DNA from: a bacterium
Lineage (GTDB): Bacteria > Eisenbacteria > RBG-16-71-46
Direction: 5' to 3'
Assembly (NCBI GenBank): GCA_043779265.1
Contig: JAYWEM010000183.1
Location: forward strand, 1 to 15,669
DNA length: 15,669 nt
Shown: one piece after another, positions 1 to 7,265 of the stretch
Position numbering within the stretch: position 1 is the stretch's first letter
Layout: the number at the start of each line of letters is the position of its first letter
Notes under the pieces: generated by a model
Database searches by the model: none
The model's input: the letters and a program-made list of their open reading frames with translations, nothing else
What the model was told of the DNA's origin: nothing
Made by a program: the position numbers and the translations under genes

Positions 1-252
1 GACGATGTTGCGGGCAGCGGTATGGAACACGACGTCGTGTTCAGGCACGAGACGAGCGACGAGCGAAGCGTCGCAGACCGAGCCCTCGACGAAATCGAAG
101 CCCGAGGCCGGCAGATTCGCGAGTCGCCCGGTGAACAGATCATCGAGCACCGTGATGACGGCGCCCTCACGCAGCAGTCGTCGCACGAGATTGCTGCCGA
201 TGAAACCGGCGCCCCCCGTCACCAGTACGCGTTGCCCTTCCAGTGCGATCAC
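1..252 (-). CDS. NAD-dependent epimerase/dehydratase (extended SDR, nucleotide-sugar modifying), N-terminal part, truncated by window edge
   Basis: Manual translation from GTG at 252: MIALEGQRVLVTGGAGFIGSNLVRRLLREGAVITVLDDLFTGRLANL...FVEGSVCD...DVVFHTAARNIV. Contains the TGGAGFIG Rossmann motif and DVVFHxAA motif; GAGGAG SD (265-260) lies 7 nt upstream. Absent from the ORF track because there is no stop in the window. Confidence 0.93.
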   Translation of the reverse strand, partial: MIALEGQRVLVTGGAGFIGSNLVRRLLREGAVITVLDDLFTGRLANLPASGFDFVEGSVCDASLVARLVPEHDVVFHTAARNIV

Positions 253-272
253 GTCGGTGCTCCTCGTCCGTG

Positions 273-1028
273 TCAGTGCTTGAGGCCGAGCCGCAGGTGG
301 ACCAGCGGTCGGAGGATGCGCCAGCCATCGGCGAACAGGCGCATCTTGGTGGTGCCGCGGGAATGGTATCGGACGGTGACAGGCGCCTCCTCCACCCGGT
401 AGCGCGCGCGCACCACCTGGAACAGGAGGTAGGGCTCGAGCTCGTAGCGATCGAGCCAGGCCTGATCCAGTCGGATGCGAGGGTCGTCGAGCAGGGAGAG
501 GCGGAACGCGCGCATGCCGTTCGTTCCATCGGAGATGGGATAGCCGCTGGCGATCCGGAACAGCACCGGGTAGAGGCGGGTCAGCCAGCGCCGCTCGACG
601 GGGATCCCCGGGGTGGCCCCTCCCGGCAGCCAGCGCGAGCCCTGCACCAGATCGGCGCGCCCGGCGAACAGGGGCTCGAGGATCCGGGGCAGTTCATCGG
701 GCTCGTGTTGATCGTCGCCCGAGAGGATGGCGGCGAACTCGAATCCGCGACGCTTGGCCTCGACCAGCCCGGTCCGGATGGCGGCGCCGACACCGCGATT
801 CACTTCGTGCCGCAGGACCAGTTCGGCTCCCGCTTCGCGAGCCTCATCGGCGCTCGCATCACTCGAATGGTCGTCCACCACGATGACGAAGGAGGCGATG
901 TCACGCGACACCTTGCGCACGACGCTGCCGATCTTGCCGAGTTCGTTCCAAGCGGGGACGATGACCGCGACTCGGGCCGCGTCTGCGGGCCTCGTGGCAT
1001 CCGCCTGGGATATCGGGGGGGGTGACAT
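273..1028 (-). CDS. Glycosyltransferase family 2, polyprenol/dolichol-phosphate sugar synthase (DPM1-like), 251 aa
   Basis: C-terminal third of track ORF 273..2618(-): VAVIVPAWNE, IVVVDDHSSD, NRGVGAAIRTG, SGDDQH, DLVQGSRW, ISDGTNGMRAF, VEEAPV. Start taken as ATG at 1028; the upstream extension is the antisense shadow of 1119..2570. Confidence 0.9.
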   Translation of the reverse strand: MSPPPISQADATRPADAARVAVIVPAWNELGKIGSVVRKVSRDIASFVIVVDDHSSDASADEAREAGAELVLRHEVNRGVGAAIRTGLVEAKRRGFEFAAILSGDDQHEPDELPRILEPLFAGRADLVQGSRWLPGGATPGIPVERRWLTRLYPVLFRIASGYPISDGTNGMRAFRLSLLDDPRIRLDQAWLDRYELEPYLLFQVVRARYRVEEAPVTVRYHSRGTTKMRLFADGWRILRPLVHLRLGLKH

Positions 1029-1038
1029 GGGAGCGGGC

Positions 1039-1047
1039 AGGCTAGCA
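1039..1047 (-). promoter_or_regulatory. Putative extended -10 element (TGcTAGCCT) for the leftward GT2/epimerase transcript
   Basis: Minus strand reads TG-C-TAGCCT, 10 nt before ATG 1028; no SD in between. Matches TGnTAnnnT. Confidence 0.4.
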
Positions 1048-1103
1048 CAGGGCCCCCAAGGCACCGCGATGCATGATGCACGTCGCAACTCCCCCCGCAC
1101 CTC

Positions 1104-1112
1104 TGTTAGCGT
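1104..1112 (+). promoter_or_regulatory. Putative extended -10 element (TGtTAGCGT); predicted leaderless transcript for 1119..2570
   Basis: TG-T-TAGCGT ends at 1112, so canonical spacing puts +1 on the A of ATG 1119; the upstream region is pyrimidine-rich with no SD. Confidence 0.5.
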
Positions 1113-1118
1113 TCTCCC

Positions 1119-2570
1119 ATGTCCCCGTCCCCCCCGGGTTCGCGCGCGCGCCTGTGGCTGCTCGTGGCCCTGCTCATCACTGCCCAGGGCGCCGCATCGC
1201 TCCTGGGCAGTTTCCGCGCCGACGATTGGATCAATCTCGAGCGCGGTGCCGCTGCGTGGTCGACCGATGGCGCGCGCGCGGTGTGGGCGACGCTCAATCC
1301 GTTCGGACTCTACCGCCCGCTGATCGACGTGTGGCATGGCCTGTGGCTTCGGGTGTTCGGGCTGAACGCGCCGCCCATGATGGCGCTGCTGATCGCGAAT
1401 CTGCTGCTCCAGAGCGTGCTGCTCGCGCGGCTGGTGCGGGCGAGAGGCGGGAGCCGGGAGACCGCCGCGATGGCGACGGCGGCGATCTGGGCCCAACCGA
1501 ACACGTACACGTGGACGACGCTGTGGATCTCGAACGCCACCGGCGCGCTCATGGTGACCGCGACGCTGCTCGCCGCTGTGCTGCATGCGCGCGCTGTGAG
1601 GAAGCTGACGCGGGGCGAAGGAGCCGGCTGGACCCTCGGCGCGATGAGTGTGGTCACACTGTTGGGGGCGCTCTGCAAAGAGGACATCGTCCTGCTGCCA
1701 CTGTTCATCGCGATCCTCGAAGTGGCTCGATCGCCGCGCATGTCCGGCTCCGAGCGTCGCGCCTCGATCGCAGTGACCGGGGCGTTGCTCGCGATCGCGG
1801 CGGGCTACGCGGCCTTCCGTCTGCTCATCCTGCCCACGCCCCAGACCGGGGAGGACCGCTATCATCTGCGGCTCGGGATGCACATCCCCCGGAACATCCT
1901 GTTCTTCGCGGCGCACCTCGGCGCACTGCCCATCGTGGCACTGCTGCTCGCCCGCCTTCGGATGCCGACGGCCTTCCGGGAGAGGGCCACCGAGTCCTCG
2001 ATCGAGTCCGCCGCGCGGCGTGAGGCGATCGCCGGCTTCGTGTGGGCGGTGGCCGCACTCCTGCTCTATCTGCCCATCTCGGGACGACCTTCGTATGGCT
2101 ACCTCCTCGCGCCCGCCTTCGGCGTGGCCTACGGAGTCGCCCATCTGCTGACGTGGCTGGCCGCCCGAGCGGACGCTCCCCCCCGTGGGTCGCCGGGCAT
2201 CCTGTGGACGCACGCCCTGCTCGCCCTGACGCTGACCGCTGGCGCGCTCTACATGATCCAATGGCATCGCTTCGGTGAGCTCGAACGTGGGCTGGTTCGG
2301 GACCTGAGGCGCGACGCTGCCACCCTGCCGCAGGGCGCGCACGTGGCGTTCATCGATGCCGGCCGAGGGGAGACCCCAGCCGGCCGGACGATCTTCAATC
2401 TGATCGCCACCTCCGAACCGAGCGCGTTCACCCGGATCGCCCTCGGGCGGCCGGATGTGACCGCCTCGACGCTCGACGTGCCGGGAGCACGCGCCGACTC
2501 GAGCTTCTCGATCGAGGCGAACGCCGTGCACGTCGTTCGCTGGGGCCGGATACTGCCCGCCTCGCCCTGA
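1119..2570 (+). CDS. Polytopic membrane protein, probable GT-C-fold glycosyltransferase (PMT/ArnT/TMTC-like), 483 aa
   Basis: About 10-11 hydrophobic segments; acidic RADDW right after TM1, then LYRPL, and later ALCKE. This DD...YRP...KE arrangement is typical of lipid-phosphate-sugar-dependent GT-C enzymes. Small soluble C-terminal domain. Confidence 0.7.
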   Translation: MSPSPPGSRARLWLLVALLITAQGAASLLGSFRADDWINLERGAAAWSTDGARAVWATLNPFGLYRPLIDVWHGLWLRVFGLNAPPMMALLIANLLLQSVLLARLVRARGGSRETAAMATAAIWAQPNTYTWTTLWISNATGALMVTATLLAAVLHARAVRKLTRGEGAGWTLGAMSVVTLLGALCKEDIVLLPLFIAILEVARSPRMSGSERRASIAVTGALLAIAAGYAAFRLLILPTPQTGEDRYHLRLGMHIPRNILFFAAHLGALPIVALLLARLRMPTAFRERATESSIESAARREAIAGFVWAVAALLLYLPISGRPSYGYLLAPAFGVAYGVAHLLTWLAARADAPPRGSPGILWTHALLALTLTAGALYMIQWHRFGELERGLVRDLRRDAATLPQGAHVAFIDAGRGETPAGRTIFNLIATSEPSAFTRIALGRPDVTASTLDVPGARADSSFSIEANAVHVVRWGRILPASP

Positions 2571-2658
2571 GGCGTCCCAGAGCCCCGAACGACCCTGCCG
2601 GCATCGTGCAATCCGCACGCAAGCCGAAGTCCCACAGCACTTTCTGGCGACTCATCGC

Positions 2659-2688
2659 TTGCTGGCCGATGACTGCGGTTGATAGACT
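2659..2688 (+). promoter_or_regulatory. Putative sigma70-type promoter of the main operon (TTGCTG-18 nt-TAGACT, with TGn extension)
   Basis: -35 TTGCTG at 2659-2664; TG at 2680-2681; -10 TAGACT at 2683-2688; predicted +1 is A2695. Confidence 0.55.
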
Positions 2689-2705
2689 CGGCTCACTTCC
2701 CCTCG

Positions 2706-2817
2706 GAGCCGCGCAACCACGCTCCCCACCCCATCAAGGCTCGAATGCACGCTCTCTTCCATCGCTCGTTTGCGCAGTCGGGCCTTCGCGGCGCGGCGGG
2801 CGTGATCGGCGTGGCTC
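2706..2817. repeat. Long imperfect inverted repeat / predicted rod-like hairpin in the operon leader
   Basis: Nested helices: GAGCCGCGC 2706-2714 with GCGTGGCTC 2809-2817; CACGCTC 2718-2724 with GGGCGTG 2798-2804; AAGGCTCGA 2736-2744 with TCGGGCCTT 2778-2786; TGC-CG 2746-2751 with 2771-2776. Across 2718-2751 versus 2804-2771, 27 of 34 positions pair without gaps (23 Watson-Crick plus 4 G-U, manual count). Confidence 0.75.
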
Positions 2818-2860
2818 GAAGCAGGCCGGATCCGGGAGATCGAGTGTCGGGGGGACGTCC

Positions 2861-4315
2861 TTGATCGACTCGCTCTATCCCTCCAAGCCCGTCGACCGCG
2901 CCTCACCACTCGGCGTGTGGATTCGGCGCGCCGCGGCCCTCCTCGCGATCCTGACTCTGGGTGTGGCGCTGGGCTTCCAGTACATCGAGCCCAACATCCG
3001 GGTCGTCGCCGTCGCCGCGGCCGTGCTGGTCATCGGCGTGGCGTGGCGACTCGACATGGTGTCCGCCATGGGCGTTCTCATCCTGGCGCTGCCGTTCCCT
3101 CGCGGCACGGTGTTCGGGAGCACCAATCTCGCCCTGATCCTGGTGCTGGGGATCCTCTACCTGCTCCGGACGTCGCAGCGCATCGTGCCGCCGCCACGCT
3201 CCTCGCCCGCATTCGCCCCGGTGGCGTTGTTCTTCCTCGCCTGTGTGATGTCCTTCTACAACGTGGCGAGCGCGAACAACCTCTACTTCGCACTCCAGAA
3301 CTTCCAACTCCTCGTCGGCACGCTGGTGATGTTCTGGCTCGTCTACCAGAACGTGAACAATGCCCGGGACCTCGAACGCATCATTCGATTCCAGGTCCTC
3401 AGCGTCGTCGCGATCTCGCTCGTCGGCGTGTGGGAACTGCAGAACCCGGGCGGGACCCTGGTCCCCGGCTGGATCACGTTCTCGGGCACGGCGGGATCGG
3501 ATCGCACCGAGAATGCACGCGCCGGCTCGATGTTCTACGACTACGAGCTGCTGTCGGACTTCTGCGGGCTCAGTCTGCTCACCTTGGCGTTCCTCGCGCT
3601 GCGGTCCCGCAACACCTATGAACGCGTCTGGTTCGCGGCCATCATCGTGCTCGTCCTGTTCACGCTGTTCTCGACCGCCACTCGTGGCGCGCTGATCGCG
3701 CTCCTGATCGCAGGCGCCTACCTGACCTTCCTGGTGCGCCGGCACGTGCGGATCGTGCCGTTCACGATCACCGTTTCGGTCCTCCTCGCGGCCTTCATCG
3801 GGATGAACATGTACGTGGCGACCTTCACCACGGCGGGCAATGTCTTCGAGCGGATGGAGCACTCCGAGTTCGTCGGTTGGATGCCGGACTCACGTGCTGG
3901 CACGTGGACCGATGCCTGGGGGCGCTGGCAAGCCTTCCCCCTGCTCGGGCACGGGCTCTACTACTCGGCCGAGCGCGGCGGCCAGAAGCTCTGGTACTGG
4001 CCGCACAATCTCTACCTGTACATCCTGAACGTGGTCGGCCTGTTCGGATTCGCAGCCTGGATGTGGCTCATGGTGAGATTCGCCAAGATGACCCGCCCGC
4101 TCGTCGATCGGCTCGATCATCCGGATTTCGCGAAGGCCTATCTGATCATCTGCCAGACTCAGCTCGTCTTCTTCATGGTGGACCAGTTCAAGATCGAGTT
4201 CTGGCGCAATCCGAACTACCAGTTCCAGATCTGGCTCATGTTCGCCATCTGGGCTGCAGCCCACCGAGTCGCCCACTCCCGCCCTGTGTCCACGCTCGCG
4301 CCAGCAGGTCACTGA
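2861..4315 (+). CDS. O-antigen ligase / Wzy-type polysaccharide polymerase family membrane protein, ~484 aa
   Basis: About 12 TM segments; STATRGAL (TxSRG-like), SRAGTW...PLLGHG and PHNLYL motifs of the Wzy_C/WaaL periplasmic region. Start moved from track position 2606 to in-frame TTG 2861 preceded by GGGGGGA (2849-2855); GTG 2915 is an alternative start. Confidence 0.82.
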   Translation: MIDSLYPSKPVDRASPLGVWIRRAAALLAILTLGVALGFQYIEPNIRVVAVAAAVLVIGVAWRLDMVSAMGVLILALPFPRGTVFGSTNLALILVLGILYLLRTSQRIVPPPRSSPAFAPVALFFLACVMSFYNVASANNLYFALQNFQLLVGTLVMFWLVYQNVNNARDLERIIRFQVLSVVAISLVGVWELQNPGGTLVPGWITFSGTAGSDRTENARAGSMFYDYELLSDFCGLSLLTLAFLALRSRNTYERVWFAAIIVLVLFTLFSTATRGALIALLIAGAYLTFLVRRHVRIVPFTITVSVLLAAFIGMNMYVATFTTAGNVFERMEHSEFVGWMPDSRAGTWTDAWGRWQAFPLLGHGLYYSAERGGQKLWYWPHNLYLYILNVVGLFGFAAWMWLMVRFAKMTRPLVDRLDHPDFAKAYLIICQTQLVFFMVDQFKIEFWRNPNYQFQIWLMFAIWAAAHRVAHSRPVSTLAPAGH

Positions 4316-4351
4316 CCTCTCCCCTCATCCCCCGGAGCAATCGGCCTTCTC

Positions 4352-6283
4352 ATGTGCGGATTCGCCGCGTTCTTTGACCCCCAGGGCCTCACGCCCGAGA
4401 GCTCGTGGCTGCTCGGTGCCGCGCGCGCAATGCGCCACCGCGGCCCCGACGACCAGGGCGTGCACGTCGAGCCCTTCGCGGGTCTCGCATTCCGCAGGTT
4501 GGCGATCGTGGATCTCGAGGCGGGGCACCAGCCGCTCTCGAACGAGGATGGGACCATCTGGATCTCGTTCAACGGCGAGATCTACAACCACGCTCCGATT
4601 CGACGCGAGTTGGAGTCGCTCGGTCATCGCTATCGCTCCCACAGCGACACGGAGACGATCGTGCATGCCTACGAGCAGTGGGGCGAAGGATGCCTCGATC
4701 GACTGCACGGCATGTTCGCATTCGCGATCTGGGACCGACCGGCTCGGCGCATGTTCATCGCGCGCGACCGCGTCGGGATCAAGCCGCTGTACTGGACCCG
4801 GACATCGGGCGGCGGCTATGCCCTGGCTTCGGAGATCAAGGCTCTGTTCGAGTTCCCCGGCGTGGAGCGCCGCGCTCACCTGCCCTCGCTGGCGGAGCAT
4901 CTGACGCTTCGGTATGTGGCCGCCCCCAACACCGCGTTCGAGGGCATCCACAAGTTGCCTCCAGGACACTGCATGACGCTCGAACCCGGTGTGGAGCGCA
5001 TCCGCCGCTGGTGGCAGCCGAGCTACGAGCCGAAGCTCGAACTCTCGGACGCCGAGGCGCTGATCGAGGTCGAGCGGCGCCTCACCGCCTCGATCGAGTC
5101 CCACTTGATGAGCGACGTGCCGCTGGGAGCGCTGCTGTCGGGAGGGGTGGACTCGAGCCTCGTCGTCGCGATCATGAGCCGACTGCTCGATCGACCAGCG
5201 AAGACTTTCTCCGTCGGCTTCGATGCGCCTGGCCCCTACAGCGAGTTGCCGTTCGCTCGGGCCGTGGCGGAGCACTGCGGAACCGAGCACCACGAGATCC
5301 TCGTCGGCGCCGAGGACATCGCGCGCGAGCTGCCTCACCTCGCCTGGCACCAGGATGAACCCGTGTCCGAACCGGCGGCCATCCCGACCTATCTCGTCAC
5401 CCGCCTCGCACGCGAGAGCGTCACCGTGGTGTTGACCGGCGAGGGCGGAGATGAGCTCTTCGCGGGCTATCCCAAGCACGCGGTCGAACCCTTTGCGAGG
5501 CGACTGGCGCACCTTCCGACCGGTCTGCGGGGTCTGATCCTCGATCAACTCATCGATCGGTTGCCCTTCCGCTTCCGCAAGCTGCAGGTGGTCGGTCGCA
5601 GCGCCCGGTTCCGCGACGAGGGAGAACGGCTCGCCGCGTGGTTCGCGGGGTTCATGGGAGAGGAACGCGACCGCATCCTGGGGCCCCGCCTGCGAGCGCA
5701 CGCCGCCGCGGGTTCGGCCCCCTTCCACCGTGCCCTCGCGGACTCGCCGGCGCGCCGACCGCTCGACCGGATGCTGGATGTGGATCTCAAGTTGTGGCTG
5801 ACGGACGATCTGCTCATGAAGATGGACAAGATGAGCATGGCCGCGTCCGTCGAGGCCCGTGTCCCGCTGCTCGATACCGCACTGATCGAATGGGCCATGC
5901 GACTTCCCGACCACCACAAGATCCGGGGACTCGAAGGCAAGGTGCTGCTCAAGCGCCTGGCGCGCACGATGATCCCGCGAGAAGTCGTCGACCGCCCGAA
6001 GGTGGGCTTCACCGTCCCATTGACGCCTTGGTTCCGAGGCCCGCTTCGGGGGATGCTGGAGGATACGTTGCTGTCGTCGGCCTCTCTCGGCCGAGGGCTG
6101 ATCGAACCCAATGCCCTGCGCTCGATCGTGTCGGAGCATGTCGAGGGCCGAAGGGATCGTGGTCGCGAGCTCTGGACGTTGCTCACGCTCGAACTCTGGT
6201 ACCAGCAGTGGATCGATCGAGCCCCCGAGCGGGCCGAGGAATGGCGATTGCCGGCGCGAGTCGCATCGGGAGCACCGTCATGA
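4352..6283 (+). CDS. asnB: Asparagine synthase (glutamine-hydrolysing)-family amidotransferase, probably amidating a glycan, 643 aa
   Basis: N-terminal MCG (Ntn Cys2), HRGPD, RRLAIVD, FNGEIYN, SDTE, ARDRVGIKPLY, LSGGVDSS, TGEGGDELFAGY, VEARVPLLD, RPKVGF. Confidence 0.95.
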   Translation: MCGFAAFFDPQGLTPESSWLLGAARAMRHRGPDDQGVHVEPFAGLAFRRLAIVDLEAGHQPLSNEDGTIWISFNGEIYNHAPIRRELESLGHRYRSHSDTETIVHAYEQWGEGCLDRLHGMFAFAIWDRPARRMFIARDRVGIKPLYWTRTSGGGYALASEIKALFEFPGVERRAHLPSLAEHLTLRYVAAPNTAFEGIHKLPPGHCMTLEPGVERIRRWWQPSYEPKLELSDAEALIEVERRLTASIESHLMSDVPLGALLSGGVDSSLVVAIMSRLLDRPAKTFSVGFDAPGPYSELPFARAVAEHCGTEHHEILVGAEDIARELPHLAWHQDEPVSEPAAIPTYLVTRLARESVTVVLTGEGGDELFAGYPKHAVEPFARRLAHLPTGLRGLILDQLIDRLPFRFRKLQVVGRSARFRDEGERLAAWFAGFMGEERDRILGPRLRAHAAAGSAPFHRALADSPARRPLDRMLDVDLKLWLTDDLLMKMDKMSMAASVEARVPLLDTALIEWAMRLPDHHKIRGLEGKVLLKRLARTMIPREVVDRPKVGFTVPLTPWFRGPLRGMLEDTLLSSASLGRGLIEPNALRSIVSEHVEGRRDRGRELWTLLTLELWYQQWIDRAPERAEEWRLPARVASGAPS

Positions 6284-6296
6284 GGGGGAGACACCA

Positions 6297-7265
6297 ATGA
6301 AGCTCGTGATCCAAGTGCCCTGCCTGAATGAGGAAGAGAGCCTCCCCGCGACGTTCGCGGATCTCCCACGGTCGCTGCCCGGGATCGACACGATCGAGTT
6401 CCTCGTGATCGATGACGGGAGCACCGATCGGACCAGCGAGGTCGCGCGCGAACTCGGGGCTCATCGGGTCGTTCGGTTCCCCGGTCGTCGCGGGCTGGCG
6501 CGGGCGTTCGAAGCGGGATTGCGCGAGGCGCTCGCGATGGGCGCGGACATCATCGTCAACACGGATGCCGACAATCAGTACCAGGGGCAGGACATCGGCA
6601 AGCTCGTGGCGCCGATCATCGAGCGGCGAGCCGACATGGTGATCGGCACGAGGCCGATCGACCAGATCGAGCACTTCTCCCCACTGAAGAAGTTCCTCCA
6701 GCGATTGGGCAGCCGAGTGGTCCGCACGCTCTCGCAGAACGACGTGCCGGATGCCACGTCGGGATTCCGAGCCTACACGCGCGAAGCGGCCCTCAAGCTG
6801 ACCGTGCTCACGGGCTTCACCTACACGTTGGAGACCCTGATCCAGGCGGGACAGAAGGACATCGCGATCACCCATGTGCCGATCCGCACGAACGGCAAGC
6901 TCCGCGAGTCGCGCCTCTTCCGTGGCATGCGCGCGTACATCCAGCGATCGCTCGGCACGATGTTCCGCGTTTACGTGCTGTACCAGCCCCTTCGATTCTT
7001 CTGGTCCATCAGCTCCGTGTTCCTCATCGCTTCGGCCGTCTTGTTCGCGAGGTTCGTCTGGATCTGGATCGTGACGCCGGGCCCGCCCGGGCACATCCAG
7101 TCCGTGATCGTCGCGGGCGCGCTGGCCGTCATCGGCTTCATCGTGGCCGTGCTCGGTGTGATCGCCGACCTGATCGCCATGAACCGGCGGCTGACGGAGG
7201 AGATCCTCCTGCACGTGCGGTCCACGAGGGCCCGCGACACGTCCTCGCGGGAGGATCCGACGTGA
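6297..7265 (+). CDS. Glycosyltransferase family 2 (polyprenol-phosphate glycosyltransferase-like) with two C-terminal TM helices, 322 aa
   Basis: MKLVIQVPCLNEE, VIDDGSTD, NTDADNQY, DMVIGTR, PDATSGFRAY; hydrophobic C-terminal hairpin. ATG 6297 follows GGGGGAG; the track start at 6111 overlaps asnB. Confidence 0.92.
   Translation: MKLVIQVPCLNEEESLPATFADLPRSLPGIDTIEFLVIDDGSTDRTSEVARELGAHRVVRFPGRRGLARAFEAGLREALAMGADIIVNTDADNQYQGQDIGKLVAPIIERRADMVIGTRPIDQIEHFSPLKKFLQRLGSRVVRTLSQNDVPDATSGFRAYTREAALKLTVLTGFTYTLETLIQAGQKDIAITHVPIRTNGKLRESRLFRGMRAYIQRSLGTMFRVYVLYQPLRFFWSISSVFLIASAVLFARFVWIWIVTPGPPGHIQSVIVAGALAVIGFIVAVLGVIADLIAMNRRLTEEILLHVRSTRARDTSSREDPT

Noticed and set aside
1029..2618. 781-aa minus-strand ORF suggesting a long N-terminal fusion on the GT2
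   Set aside because: The extension is Arg/Gly/His-rich low-information sequence antisense to a convincing membrane protein, a typical GC-rich shadow ORF. GT2 motifs begin only after ATG 1028.
2644..2663. Possible sigma54 promoter (TGGC...TTGCT), plausible for a PEP-CTERM-type locus
   Set aside because: GG-to-GC spacing is 13 (or 9) nt rather than the required 10.
2677..2718. Hairpin (GGTTG/CAACC with CGGCTC/GAGCCG) as an intrinsic terminator for 1119-2570
   Set aside because: Large loop and internal bulge, no U-tract, and it overlaps the predicted promoter.
2606..2860. 85-aa N-terminal extension of the Wzy-like ORF
   Set aside because: Unstructured Ser/Arg/Pro/Gly-rich translation with no SD at 2606; it spans the predicted promoter and hairpin. 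TTG 2861 has a G-rich SD.
2695..2860. 6S RNA, SRP RNA or an ops/JUMPstart element as the identity of the rod-like structure
   Set aside because: No recognisable 6S central bubble or conserved blocks, and no SRP GGAA tetraloop domain. GGCGGGCGTG (2795-2804) lacks the essential TA of ops GGCGGTAG.
4325..6139. 604-aa antisense ORF opposite asnB (likewise 13124-14962, 6183-7214, 11308-12459, 9306-10229 and 14908-15657)
   Set aside because: These are antisense shadows of well-supported genes caused by GC3 bias, with no recognisable domains.
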